Shown: positions 38,030 through 47,703, counted from the stretch's first letter. The stretch is DNA of 64,000 bases from Methanofastidiosum sp. (GCA_039679445.1 JBDKUY010000005.1:2210-66209), one strand, 5' to 3'. Notes: generated from the letters alone by a model not told the origin. A program made the numbers and translations.

Positions 38030-38508
38030 ATGGAAAAAATATGTTATACTCCTATTGGTATTGTTCATTCTGAATTCAAAGAAAAGATTAACGTTCCAAT
38101 ACAATCCGTATTCTCCAAAAACAAAGGCACAATTGAAATATTCTCTGAATTTTCCGATGGGTTAAAAGATCTAGATGGATTTTCTCATATTTTTTGATTT
38201 ATGATTTTCATCTTTCTAACGGATTTTCATTAAAAGTAACACCTTTCCTTGACAGCGAAGAAAGAGGTATTTTTTCTACCAGAGCACCAAAAAGGCCTAA
38301 TAATATTGGATTATCGATCCTTAAAATTGAAGGTATAAAGAAGAATCAAATATTAGTTTCAGGCATAGATATTATCGACAAAACACCTGTTTTAGATATT
38401 AAACCATATGTGTCTCATTTTGATCAGAGATCTGACGTGAAAGATGGATGGTTTTGTAACAAAATTGATAATAAAGAATATTTATCTGATAATAGGTTTT
38501 CACTATAG
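38030..38508 (+). pseudogene. tsaA: TrmO/TsaA (YaeB) SAM-binding methyltransferase split by a frameshift in a T6 run
   Basis: ATG 38030 frame gives PIGIVHS..GLKDLDGFSHIF*; the -1 frame continues IYDFH..GIFSTRAPKRPN.IGLS..TPVLDIKPY. Confidence 0.8.
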
Positions 38509-38569
38509 ATCAATTACTTAGTTCATTTAAGTAATGCACACATAATAATAATCATAAAAAATTGATATC

Positions 38570-39670
38570 ATGAAAATAAGGGAATTTGAATTTAACCTGA
38601 GAGAACTTGCAGGATCGATGGGTGATTTTGGGACTTTGTTACCTTTGGCTATTGGATATATTGTTGTAAATGGCCTTAATCCAGCAGGATTTCTTATCAT
38701 GATGGGGATTGTCAATATATTTTTGGGATTAATCTACAAGCTCCCCATGCCATTACAACCAAAAAAAACTGTTGCAACTGTTGCAATTGCTCAAGGCTGG
38801 ACACCATCTCTAATTTACTCTACTGGATTTGGATTAGGCATTGTATGGTTATTTCTCTATTTTACCAACCTTATTCAAAAAATAGTGAAGTATACCCCTA
38901 AATCTGTTACGAGAGGAATTACTCTCGCTCTCGGATTTACTCTTTTTTTAACGGGATTTGAATTCTTTAAAACTGATATTCTCATTGGAATTGCTGCTAT
39001 TCTGATAATACTAATCTTTAGAAAAAATACTAGAATCCCAGCGGCCATTCTTCTTTTTTTAACGGGATTTGTAATCCTGATTTTTAAGGGGCAACTTATG
39101 AGCATAATCGATATTGGATTTACACTTCCTCCCCTCACAAGTGTTTCTATTAAAGATATTTATACTGGGATGATCATGGTAGGTATAGCTCAAATTCCTC
39201 TTACTTTGACAAACGCAGTAATCGCAGTCACTGCATTACTTAGAGATTATTTTCCAGAAAAACCAGTATCTGAGAGAAAATTATTGCTCAATATGGGAAT
39301 TATTAATACAATAGTTCCATTTTTTGGTGGGTTCCCGATGTGCCATGGAGCGGGGGGGCTAGCTGGTCAGTATACTTTTGGAGCGAGGACTGGCGGTGCA
39401 AATATCTTGGAGGGCACGATTGAAATTTGCTTGGGCTTATTTTTATCAAAATCAATTCTAAATTTATTTTCTGTATTTTCGATGAGCATAGTAGGCGCAA
39501 TGCTGTTTTACGTATCTTATGAGCTTGCTAAGTTGACTCGAGACATTAAATCTAATTCTGAGATATTTGTAATGATTCTTACGGCAGTTGTTTCTGTAAT
39601 TTCAAATATGGCGATAGGATTTACATTGGGAATTATTACGTTTAATCTAGTTAAAAAATTAAGTTCATAA
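38570..39670 (+). CDS. MOT1-type molybdate (sulfate) transporter
   Basis: ELAGSMGDFGTLLP, PMPLQPKK, QIPLTLTNAV, PMCHGAGGLAGQY.FGAR. Confidence 0.88.
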   Translation: MKIREFEFNLRELAGSMGDFGTLLPLAIGYIVVNGLNPAGFLIMMGIVNIFLGLIYKLPMPLQPKKTVATVAIAQGWTPSLIYSTGFGLGIVWLFLYFTNLIQKIVKYTPKSVTRGITLALGFTLFLTGFEFFKTDILIGIAAILIILIFRKNTRIPAAILLFLTGFVILIFKGQLMSIIDIGFTLPPLTSVSIKDIYTGMIMVGIAQIPLTLTNAVIAVTALLRDYFPEKPVSERKLLLNMGIINTIVPFFGGFPMCHGAGGLAGQYTFGARTGGANILEGTIEICLGLFLSKSILNLFSVFSMSIVGAMLFYVSYELAKLTRDIKSNSEIFVMILTAVVSVISNMAIGFTLGIITFNLVKKLSS

Positions 39671-39759
39671 AATATTTTAATATTTTATTTTTTTACTTAT
39701 CAAATATACCGCTAGGGCAATATATGTTTCTACAAAATAATAATTAATTTTATAAGGAC

Positions 39760-39775
39760 ATGATTTCAAAATCAT
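39760..39775. promoter_or_regulatory. 7-2-7 palindrome ATGATTT-CA-AAATCAT
   Basis: Directly downstream of TATA (TTTATAA) and upstream of the RBS of the ABC binding protein gene. Confidence 0.4.
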
Positions 39776-39787
39776 ATCGGTGATATA

Positions 39788-40144
39788 TTGAAAAAAATAA
39801 TACCTTTTTGTGTATGTTCTCTATTAGTGTTGTCAATGTTCGCTGGATGCATTGGACAGGGTACAGATGCCAAAACAGAAACAACAGAGGAAACGAGAAC
39901 AATAGTTGATATGGCCGGAAGAACTGTAGCTATTCCAAAAAATATTGAGAGAGTTGCTATTTTCGGTGGACCAATCGGACAAGTTCCGCATATATTGGGC
40001 GTTGAAGACAAACTATGTGCAGTATCTAAGGGGCATCAAAGATCAGATTTACTTGCAGCAATGGATCCAAGAATAATGACCCTACCTGCGCCAAGAAGTA
40101 CAATTGGAATTGGGTCTGTTTGGATGTGCTATAGACTATTTTGA
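39788..40144 (+). pseudogene. Truncated iron-siderophore/cobalamin-type ABC binding lipoprotein
   Basis: Lipobox FAGC, RTIVDMAGRTVAIP..IERV; ends at 118 aa versus roughly 300 or more expected. Confidence 0.7.
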
Positions 40145-40445
40145 GCCACAGCAAACAACTGTTCATGTAGGTGAATTTATTACAGTAGTTGCAATTGATG
40201 ACGGGGGATGTATTAATCCTACATGTATATCTATATTTGAAGAGGATTGCTCTACCCCTCCAGACAAGGTCATTTTAGTTAATTCAAAATGTGAAGGCAA
40301 TACACTTACAGTAACATACAGAGCAGTTAAACAAGGAACTGTTAAATTCAATTATATCACATGCAGCAAAGAAGTAACAATACTTCCAAAACCATATCCA
40401 ATGTTCTCTTTTATGAAAATACTTGGATTAGAAAAATCCGATTAA
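40104..40445 (+). CDS. 3' portion of a small Cys-containing exported-type protein (probably 5'-truncated)
   Basis: Beta-rich body with C-terminal PKPYPMFSFMKILGLEKSD; no convincing RBS or start. Confidence 0.45.
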   Translation: MELGLFGCAIDYFEPQQTTVHVGEFITVVAIDDGGCINPTCISIFEEDCSTPPDKVILVNSKCEGNTLTVTYRAVKQGTVKFNYITCSKEVTILPKPYPMFSFMKILGLEKSD

Positions 40446-40463
40446 ATTTTATTTTTATACAAA

Positions 40464-41483
40464 TTAAATAAATAAGGATGCATATAGTACCATAAATACT
40501 ATGAAAGTTCCGACAACTGAACCCAAATGGAGTTGCGTTGGTGTTATCCTGTTCTTTTCCCTCAATTCATTTAAGACAAATTGCATCCCCGGTAGCGACA
40601 GAGTCAATCCCCATGAGAGATATCTAAAGTTTGCAGTATTCATGTTTGCTTTCTGTTGTTCTTCTTTTGATTTAATAAGCTCATCCTTTAAATCTTTGAT
40701 ATCCCAAGTCAATTCTTCATTTTGAACTTTGTAGCTTTCAACTGATCTTTGCATTTCAATTATATTTTCTGTCAGCTTTACATTCTCTTGAGTCAATTTA
40801 GTAATCTCATTTTTTAGAGAATCTATCGAACCACCATAATCTTCTTCTAAAGAAAAAACAGAATAGAAATTCTTGTCTAATCCAGATAGGACTGTTGAAT
40901 AAAAGAATCTTCCTCCTTGGAGTCTCCAACCCGAAGAGTCAAATGGTTTATATCCGCTTGGCAGTGTTATCTTAATTGTAGCTAGATCGTCTGGGCCTAG
41001 GTCTGAGGAAATTAAAAAATCGAATGAGTTTAAGGTACTTGGAGCGAGATTAAAAATGGACTGAGTATTAATAACATAGATTATATTAAATTGGTAATCT
41101 GAGAGTCCCTTTTTTCCTTCAGGATCTATTGTAAATTTAGTGTTAGTTGAACTTTCATCAAAAGTAACATCTAATTTGGTCCATGATGAATTGGAGTCTT
41201 TATAGCTTAGGTCTATGCCAGTTATCATATTTTTTGGAATACTGTTCTCAAAAGTTAGATTACCTTGTGCATCTGAAAATATTATTTGATGGGTTAGATA
41301 TGTGTACTGCTGGTCTATATTAACATCTGTCAAAATATTCATTTGTAAGGAAGGATCTATATCTGCTACATCTGATGTAACGCCAAACGAATAAAGAAAA
41401 CTTTCAGCTTTAACATCGGATTGATTAATTAAAAATGCCCCCAGTATGAATAATAACGCATAAATTCTAATTTTTCTTGACAT
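40464..41483 (-). CDS. Exported protein: signal peptide, beta-rich ectodomain, coiled coil, two C-terminal TM helices
   Basis: Paralog of the adjacent upstream gene. Confidence 0.75.
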   Translation of the reverse strand: MSRKIRIYALLFILGAFLINQSDVKAESFLYSFGVTSDVADIDPSLQMNILTDVNIDQQYTYLTHQIIFSDAQGNLTFENSIPKNMITGIDLSYKDSNSSWTKLDVTFDESSTNTKFTIDPEGKKGLSDYQFNIIYVINTQSIFNLAPSTLNSFDFLISSDLGPDDLATIKITLPSGYKPFDSSGWRLQGGRFFYSTVLSGLDKNFYSVFSLEEDYGGSIDSLKNEITKLTQENVKLTENIIEMQRSVESYKVQNEELTWDIKDLKDELIKSKEEQQKANMNTANFRYLSWGLTLSLPGMQFVLNELREKNRITPTQLHLGSVVGTFIVFMVLYASLFI

Positions 41484-41565
41484 ATCAACCCTTCCTATAG
41501 ATTCGATAGACTATAAAATCTTTAAATTACTTTTCATTTTTCCCTAGTCAATAACTTACAATATA

Positions 41566-42588
41566 CTAAGTTATGAATAATATATACAATATCAAGAAAA
41601 CTACAAATGTTCCAACAACTGAACTTATCAGCATCTGTGTTGAAGTGATTACTGATTTTGTCCTAAGTTCAGCAAAGAAAAGCAGTAATATTGGGAGTAA
41701 TATTGTAAGCCCCCATGAGAACTGCCAGAAGTTGTTTGAAATTCTATCGGATACTTTTCTTTCTTCTTCAGCTTTTAGAAGCCTCTCGGTAAGATTTTCT
41801 ATTTCCGATGAGAGATTTTGATTTTCTACCTTGTAACTATCGACACTTTTCTGGAGTTCCGAAATTGTTTCTAGTAACTTTGAATTATCCTGTCTTAGAC
41901 TAGATATTTCTTGTTTTAAAGATTCTAATGAGTCAGAATAATCATTATCTGTGTTGAAGATGGTATAAAAACTTCCTGAAGTCTTGGAAATCTGTGCAGA
42001 ATAAACGAACCTTTCCCCCTCTACTCTCCAACCAGAATTGTTAAGGGGTTTATACCCTTTGGGTAAGGCCAAATTTATACTTGATATATCAGCTTCACTC
42101 ATCTTTGTTATTAAAAAATATTCAAATGATAGAAGCGTATTAGGTTTAAGAGTATAAATTGAAGACGTATTTAATTTGTAATTTAATATAAAGTGGTAAC
42201 CATCGCTACCTTTTATTTCTACAGTATCCAGTGAAAATCTAGCGTTTGACACTTCTGGATCCAAAGTAATTGCTACTTCATTCCAGCTAGAATTAGCATC
42301 TTGGTACATAAGTTGAATCTGAGTTATAATTGATTTAGGGATTGAAGTATTAAATACAAGAGTTTGGGGGGCTTCTGACAAATATATTTGATTATTAATA
42401 GTTGTATCTTGGTCTGATATATCCACATCAGATAATATCTCGATTTTGCCAAAAGGCACCATATTCGGTGATTTGGGTGCAATGTCAAAAGAATATACAA
42501 ATCCTTCGGCATCTGCTCTAGGCATACTGATTATTAATGAGCCTAATATCAGACATAATATAAAAACTATTGATTTATTATGCGTAAT
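41566..42588 (-). CDS. Paralog of 40464-41483 (probable ATT start)
   Basis: Shared YSF, LP.GYKP..SGWR..G.RF.YS and SWGLT; signal peptide encoded upstream of ATG 42525. Confidence 0.75.
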   Translation of the reverse strand: MTHNKSIVFILCLILGSLIISMPRADAEGFVYSFDIAPKSPNMVPFGKIEILSDVDISDQDTTINNQIYLSEAPQTLVFNTSIPKSIITQIQLMYQDANSSWNEVAITLDPEVSNARFSLDTVEIKGSDGYHFILNYKLNTSSIYTLKPNTLLSFEYFLITKMSEADISSINLALPKGYKPLNNSGWRVEGERFVYSAQISKTSGSFYTIFNTDNDYSDSLESLKQEISSLRQDNSKLLETISELQKSVDSYKVENQNLSSEIENLTERLLKAEEERKVSDRISNNFWQFSWGLTILLPILLLFFAELRTKSVITSTQMLISSVVGTFVVFLILYILFIT

Positions 42589-42686
42589 TTACACTCCCCG
42601 GTGCCTTAAGGATTGTGGTCACTATAAAAATCTTTTGCCTTTAATTTTAAGATATGCTTTTAAAGATATAATAAAATATAGTATTT

Positions 42687-43328
42687 ATGGCAACTTTAGA
42701 CGATGTACTACATGTTATCTCAACAGATGATGAAAAAGCAAAGATTGTTGCCATGGAGCTCGCAAATGATAATGGAAGGCGTATAATAGATGCTTTTTTT
42801 ATTGCGCCACAATCAGCCGGCGATTTAGCAAAGATGTTAGATCTTTCAATGCCTACTGTGATGTTTCATATTGAAAGGTTGATGGAAATCGGGATTATAG
42901 GTGTAGTTGATACAAAACTTTCAAGAAAATTTAAGGATATAAAATATTATGGGCCTAAAAAGACAGCGATCCTTATAGTTCCTTCTCAGAAGGAAGAAAC
43001 TGTAAGGAGCCTATCCACTAGTCTCAAAACATCTTATATCCCTGCAACAACAGCTTTGTTAGTCATGTTCTTTGTTGTAATTCTTGGCATAGGTTTTAGC
43101 GCTCCAGGTATTTTTCAGACGTTTCAGTCAAATCAGCCACAAATGATGTCCGAAGGTTTAGGGGGCAGTGACGAAATAAGACAAATGGATTACGAAGAAG
43201 AAAAAATAGTCATAGTTCCTGAAACAGTACCCAAAAGCAATCCGCTTATGCCTCTAATCTACATAATAATTGGCGGTCTGGCTTCGCTATTATTAATATT
43301 AATATTATTAAGATTAAAGGGTAGATGA
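42687..43328 (+). CDS. Membrane-anchored ArsR-type HTH regulator
   Basis: ELANDNGRRII..SAGDLAKML.LSMPTV.FHIERL, followed by two TM segments. Confidence 0.75.
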   Translation: MATLDDVLHVISTDDEKAKIVAMELANDNGRRIIDAFFIAPQSAGDLAKMLDLSMPTVMFHIERLMEIGIIGVVDTKLSRKFKDIKYYGPKKTAILIVPSQKEETVRSLSTSLKTSYIPATTALLVMFFVVILGIGFSAPGIFQTFQSNQPQMMSEGLGGSDEIRQMDYEEEKIVIVPETVPKSNPLMPLIYIIIGGLASLLLILILLRLKGR

Positions 43329-43329
43329 T

Positions 43330-44079
43330 TTGAGAGTAGGCATTATCTCTAGAACAGACAAACAAAAAGCATTAGACATTGCTAGGGAAATATCAAAAAT
43401 TTTGAAAGTAAAATATGAAGTCTATTTTGACGAAACTTTAAACAAGCACTTCCCTAACGATAATTATTCCAAAAAATCTGGCGACATAGATTTATTGATA
43501 TCCGTTGGTGGTGATGGAACAATATTAAAATCTGTTAGGAGATATAGGGATACTCCGTTATTGGGAATAAATATGGGGACAGTCGGATACTTAAACGAAG
43601 TACTCCCTGAAGAAATTGATTCTATACCTCATATACTAGAAAATCATACTATTGAAGAGCGTTCTATGATCTCTTGTAAGGTGGGCAATAGAACTGTAGA
43701 GGCATTAAATGACATTGTAATACGGACAGAAGTTGCCACAAGAGTATCTCAGGTCAAAGTAGAGATTTCTGGGCAAGAGTACATTGTCTCAGGCGACGGA
43801 GTTATTATTACAACCCCAACAGGCTCCACAGCATACTCTTTTTCTGCAGGGGGCCCTATAATAAGAACGAATTCTCAGGAATTTGGAATTACTCCTATTT
43901 GTCCTCTTTACCGTAAAGCAAGTCCAATAGTATATCCAGACCATGAAAACGTGATTGTCACTGCATTGGACAGGCCATGCACTATTGTTACAGACGGATT
44001 CCCAGAAGGTACAATGAAACCAGGGGATAAGATAGAGATAAAAAAAAGTCTTCTTAAGGCTAGATTTGTAAAGAAGTGA
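43330..44079 (+). CDS. nadK: NAD kinase
   Basis: GGDGT, GINMG.VGYL, LND, DG.IITTPTGSTAYSFSAGGP. Confidence 0.95.
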   Translation: MRVGIISRTDKQKALDIAREISKILKVKYEVYFDETLNKHFPNDNYSKKSGDIDLLISVGGDGTILKSVRRYRDTPLLGINMGTVGYLNEVLPEEIDSIPHILENHTIEERSMISCKVGNRTVEALNDIVIRTEVATRVSQVKVEISGQEYIVSGDGVIITTPTGSTAYSFSAGGPIIRTNSQEFGITPICPLYRKASPIVYPDHENVIVTALDRPCTIVTDGFPEGTMKPGDKIEIKKSLLKARFVKK

Positions 44080-44570
44080 ATTTATTGAAGTTCATCCTTG
44101 ACTCCTCAGCATTTATAGGTGGATTTTTACCAGAAGAGGATGAGTATTTTACGGTCTATGAAGTAATTGGTGAAGTTGAAGACGATCAATCTAAAGAAAG
44201 ATTGTCTTATTTTTTAAATTCTGGAAAGATTAAAGTAAAGGAACCAAATTCAGAAATAGTAAAAGAAGTAACTAAAAATTCTCAAACAACAGGAGACAAT
44301 TTATCTTTGACGGATATTAAATTAATCGCACTCGCACTTGAGTTAGATTCAGCGATTATATCGGAGGACTACGGGATACAAAATGTTTCTTCTATGATGA
44401 AAGTTAAATATAAATCAATTAGAGAGTCTGGGATAAAAAAGATAATTCATTGGGAATATTATTGCATTGGGTGTAAAAAAATACACTCAAAAGACAAAAA
44501 AATCTGTCAAGAATGCGGAAATATAATAAAAAGGCGGCCTATAAATAAAAACATTGATTATTCCTATTAA
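44076..44570 (+). CDS. nob1: Nob1 PIN endonuclease with zinc ribbon
   Basis: ILDSSAF, TGDNLS.TD, SEDY.IQNV, CIGC..CQECG. Confidence 0.9.
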   Translation: MNLLKFILDSSAFIGGFLPEEDEYFTVYEVIGEVEDDQSKERLSYFLNSGKIKVKEPNSEIVKEVTKNSQTTGDNLSLTDIKLIALALELDSAIISEDYGIQNVSSMMKVKYKSIRESGIKKIIHWEYYCIGCKKIHSKDKKICQECGNIIKRRPINKNIDYSY

Positions 44571-44612
44571 TTACTTACGTTTTATTAATATGCTATAACC
44601 AATAAATTTATA

Positions 44613-44628
44613 TTTAGGAACACTTAAT
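44613..44628. promoter_or_regulatory. Putative DtxR/MntR box TTTAGGAACACTTAAT
   Basis: Near TTAGG-N4-CCTAA, directly after TATA of the DtxR-family gene. Confidence 0.45.
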
Positions 44629-44637
44629 AATGTTAGT

Positions 44638-45135
44638 ATGGTCAACACTACTACAAATACCGAACAAGATTATCTTAAAGCCATTTTAAATATTACAGAG
44701 AATAAAGGTTTCGCAAGAACAAAAGATGTCGCTAAAGCGTTAGGAGTAAGACCTGCAACTACTGTTGAAATGCTAAAAAAACTTGAAGAAAAGGGGCTAA
44801 TCAAAAGAGAGCATTATGGGCCCACAGTATTAACTGAAAAAGGAACGAAAATTGCAACAATTACATTGGAAAAACATAAAGTTCTTCTTGATTTTTTCAC
44901 GATGATACTTGTACCCGAAGAAGATGCTGAAAAAGATGCGTGTGATATGGAACACAATTTAAGTAAGATCACGAATGAGCAGCTTATTAAGTTCATGGCG
45001 TTCTTATCTCACGAAGGATTCTTTGATATATGGACAAAAAAATTCAAAGATTTCTCCTCAAGCGGCAAGTTGAAACCTATCAAGTTCTCTGATGAAGAGT
45101 ATTATTATGATTTGGCAACCCAAAATATGAAATAA
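44638..45135 (+). CDS. DtxR/MntR family metal-dependent regulator
   Basis: EQDYLKAI, P.TTVEML, LTEKG, KH..L..FF, DACDMEH. Confidence 0.9.
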   Translation: MVNTTTNTEQDYLKAILNITENKGFARTKDVAKALGVRPATTVEMLKKLEEKGLIKREHYGPTVLTEKGTKIATITLEKHKVLLDFFTMILVPEEDAEKDACDMEHNLSKITNEQLIKFMAFLSHEGFFDIWTKKFKDFSSSGKLKPIKFSDEEYYYDLATQNMK

Positions 45136-45184
45136 TTCTCTATTAACAAATAAACTATTTAAGAAGAGAAATACTACCAAATTC

Positions 45185-46156
45185 ATGATATCTCTTGGGA
45201 TAGAGGGTACAGCGCATACTCTTGGAGTTGGGATAGTTTCTGAAGAATGCGTGCTCTCAAATGTTACTGATTCTTATTGCTCAGACGGAGGAATCCACCC
45301 TAGAGAAGCTGCAGACCACCACGCCAATGTAATGGGGGGCGTTATGGGGAAGTCTTTATCTGAAGCAGGTATTAAAAAAGATGAAATCGACTTAATCTCT
45401 TTTTCAATGGGGCCTGGGCTTGGGCCATGTCTTAGAATTGTTGCCAGCGCTGCAAGGTCCCTCTCGATTAATTTAAATGTACCAATAATAGGAGTTAACC
45501 ATTGTGTCGCTCATGTAGAGATTGGTAGATTCACTACAGGGGCAAAGGACCCAGTTACTCTTTATGTTTCAGGAGGCAATACTCAAATATTGGCTTATGC
45601 AGAAGGTAAATATAGGGTGTTTGGAGAGACTCTTGATGTTGGAATAGGTAATATGCAGGATACTTTTGGCAGGGAATTAGGGATAGGATTTCCCTGTGGA
45701 AAACAGATTGATGATCTTTCTAGCAAAGGACGCAATTATCTACAATTACCCTACACAATAAAAGGCATGGATTTTTCTTTCTCAGGACTTTTGACAGAAT
45801 CAATTAAAAAATTAAAAACTAACAACCAAGAAGATGTTACTTTCTCACTAATGGAAACTGCATATTCCTTGGTAGTTGAAGCATCTGAAAGGGCAATGTC
45901 ACATACAGAAAAAAATGAACTATTGTTAACAGGTGGGGTTGCATCTTCTAAAAGATTAAAAGAGATGTGTAGCACTATGTGTGTTGAAAGAGACGCTACA
46001 CTTTTTGTTCCTCCCCCTGCACTATGCCGGGATAACGGGGCAATGATTGCCTATCAAGGCCTATTGGAATACACAAATGGTAAGAGGATGGAAATTGAAG
46101 ATACGATAATAAAACAAAAATGGAGAACAGATGAGGTGGAAGTAAATTGGGTATAG
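45185..46156 (+). CDS. kae1: KEOPS t6A synthase Kae1
   Basis: GIEGTAHT, GPGLGPCL, VNHCVAH, YVSGGNTQ, DNGAMIA, WRTDEV. Confidence 0.96.
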   Translation: MISLGIEGTAHTLGVGIVSEECVLSNVTDSYCSDGGIHPREAADHHANVMGGVMGKSLSEAGIKKDEIDLISFSMGPGLGPCLRIVASAARSLSINLNVPIIGVNHCVAHVEIGRFTTGAKDPVTLYVSGGNTQILAYAEGKYRVFGETLDVGIGNMQDTFGRELGIGFPCGKQIDDLSSKGRNYLQLPYTIKGMDFSFSGLLTESIKKLKTNNQEDVTFSLMETAYSLVVEASERAMSHTEKNELLLTGGVASSKRLKEMCSTMCVERDATLFVPPPALCRDNGAMIAYQGLLEYTNGKRMEIEDTIIKQKWRTDEVEVNWV

Positions 46157-46746
46157 ATAACGTAGAAAAAGCTGCAAAAATCATAAAGAAGGGGGGCGTG
46201 ATAGTATACCCAACTGACACCTGTTACGGCATAGGGTGTGATGCGACTAATTTACTGGCTATTGAAAAAATATTCAAAATAAAGGGTAGAGAAAAAGATA
46301 AACCGCTTCCATTGATAGCTTCTTCAATTGAAATGATAGAAAAATATGTTTTTTTAGAAGAAAGAGCAATTAAACTGTTCAAAGCTTTCCCCGGGATATC
46401 TGTAGCCCTTAGAAAAAAAGGAAATGCCATACCAGATATTGTAAACAAGGAAAAACTGGCATTTAGAATACCCTCAAATGAGACATCTAAAAAGTTGTCT
46501 GAATTATCTGATAAACCTATCATTTCAACAAGTGCAAATAGATCGGGGGATCCATCTCCTTATTCTATAGAAGAGGTAAAATCTAGCCTTAAAGAATTTT
46601 TAGAGGAAATTGACTTATTTATAGATGGTGGAGTTCTCGATAAAAATCCTCCATCGACTATAGTTGATTTAGTTGATGGCACGATAGGAAGAGTAGATAA
46701 CGTAAAAGAAAAACAGATAATAGATCTACTGGGGGGTAATCTTTGA
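46147..46746 (+). CDS. sua5: Threonylcarbamoyl-AMP synthase (YrdC domain only)
   Basis: YPTDTCYG, KGR..KPL, RIP, STSANRSG, STIVD. Confidence 0.92.
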   Translation: MGIDNVEKAAKIIKKGGVIVYPTDTCYGIGCDATNLLAIEKIFKIKGREKDKPLPLIASSIEMIEKYVFLEERAIKLFKAFPGISVALRKKGNAIPDIVNKEKLAFRIPSNETSKKLSELSDKPIISTSANRSGDPSPYSIEEVKSSLKEFLEEIDLFIDGGVLDKNPPSTIVDLVDGTIGRVDNVKEKQIIDLLGGNL

Positions 46747-47390
46747 TTCTAAAAAAGGGGGCAGAAGCAGACCTTTATCTTGAAGATTTCAAGGATGTTT
46801 TCGGATTTGACTTTTATAATCAGAAGGTTGTCATCAAAAAAAGGGTAAAGAAAAATTACAGAATTAATGAAATTGATGATATGATTAGGGGGTTTAGAAC
46901 TGTAAAAGAAGCAAAGATAATCAATAAAGCAAAACTCTCCGGCGTATACTCTCCAGCGCTATATCTTGTTGACTTAAAAGAAAAAAGTATTGTAATGGAG
47001 TATATTAATGGAATCCGATTAAAAGAACATTTTTCTTCAAAAGGACTCGATAAAGAAATAGGATTTCAGATAGGTAAATCAGTTGGTTCTATGCATAAAG
47101 CTGGGATAATCCACGGGGACCTCACGACATCAAACATGATATTAAACGATGGCAAAGTATATTTCATTGACTTTGGATTATCAGAGGAATCAGAAGAAAT
47201 TGAGAAACAGGGGATAGATGTACATCTATTGAGACAGGCTTTAGAAAGTACGCATTTTGATATTTCAGAGCAACTATTTAGAATAATACTTGAAGGGTAT
47301 TCGGATGTTGTTGGAAACAAAAAAAAGGATGAAATCCTCCAAAGAATTGAACAAATAGAAAAGAGGGGAAGATATAGAAAAAGAGACTAA
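46743..47390 (+). CDS. bud32: KEOPS kinase Bud32
   Basis: GAEA, K.R..K.YR, HGDLTTSN, IDFGL, RGRY. Confidence 0.95.
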   Translation: MILKKGAEADLYLEDFKDVFGFDFYNQKVVIKKRVKKNYRINEIDDMIRGFRTVKEAKIINKAKLSGVYSPALYLVDLKEKSIVMEYINGIRLKEHFSSKGLDKEIGFQIGKSVGSMHKAGIIHGDLTTSNMILNDGKVYFIDFGLSEESEEIEKQGIDVHLLRQALESTHFDISEQLFRIILEGYSDVVGNKKKDEILQRIEQIEKRGRYRKRD

Positions 47391-47638
47391 ATCTTTTCTA
47401 ATTCGCTTAAAACTTCCCAGAGAATTGTTCTCGTGTGCATTGGCATGTTAGGATCGTTTGAAATTTCATCCAACAGCTCAACCGCAGCATGGGCTCTTGA
47501 TTGGGCAGATTCAGAAGTATCGAGTAATCTGTCAGCAGCTTCCTTGGCAGCCCTTCTTATATTTCTAGGAACACTGTTGTCTTCGTTAACAAATTCGTTT
47601 AAGTAATCGACTATACCTTTAATATTTTCTTCAGGCAT
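47387..47638 (-). CDS. UPF0147 family protein
   Basis: SVPRNIRRAA..LDEISNDPNMPMHTRT; ATG 47638 after GAGGTGA. Confidence 0.9.
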   Translation of the reverse strand: MPEENIKGIVDYLNEFVNEDNSVPRNIRRAAKEAADRLLDTSESAQSRAHAAVELLDEISNDPNMPMHTRTILWEVLSELEKI

Positions 47639-47703
47639 TATATCACCTCTTCTATATACCGCATGAACATGAAATTGCTTTAAAACTTTTATCTTTAGAC
47701 TAT

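Noticed and set aside
25700-42600. Apparent drop in GC after tRNA-Thr suggesting a genomic island
   Set aside because: Housekeeping genes further right look similarly AT-rich and no boundary repeats or mobility genes were seen; GC was not computed
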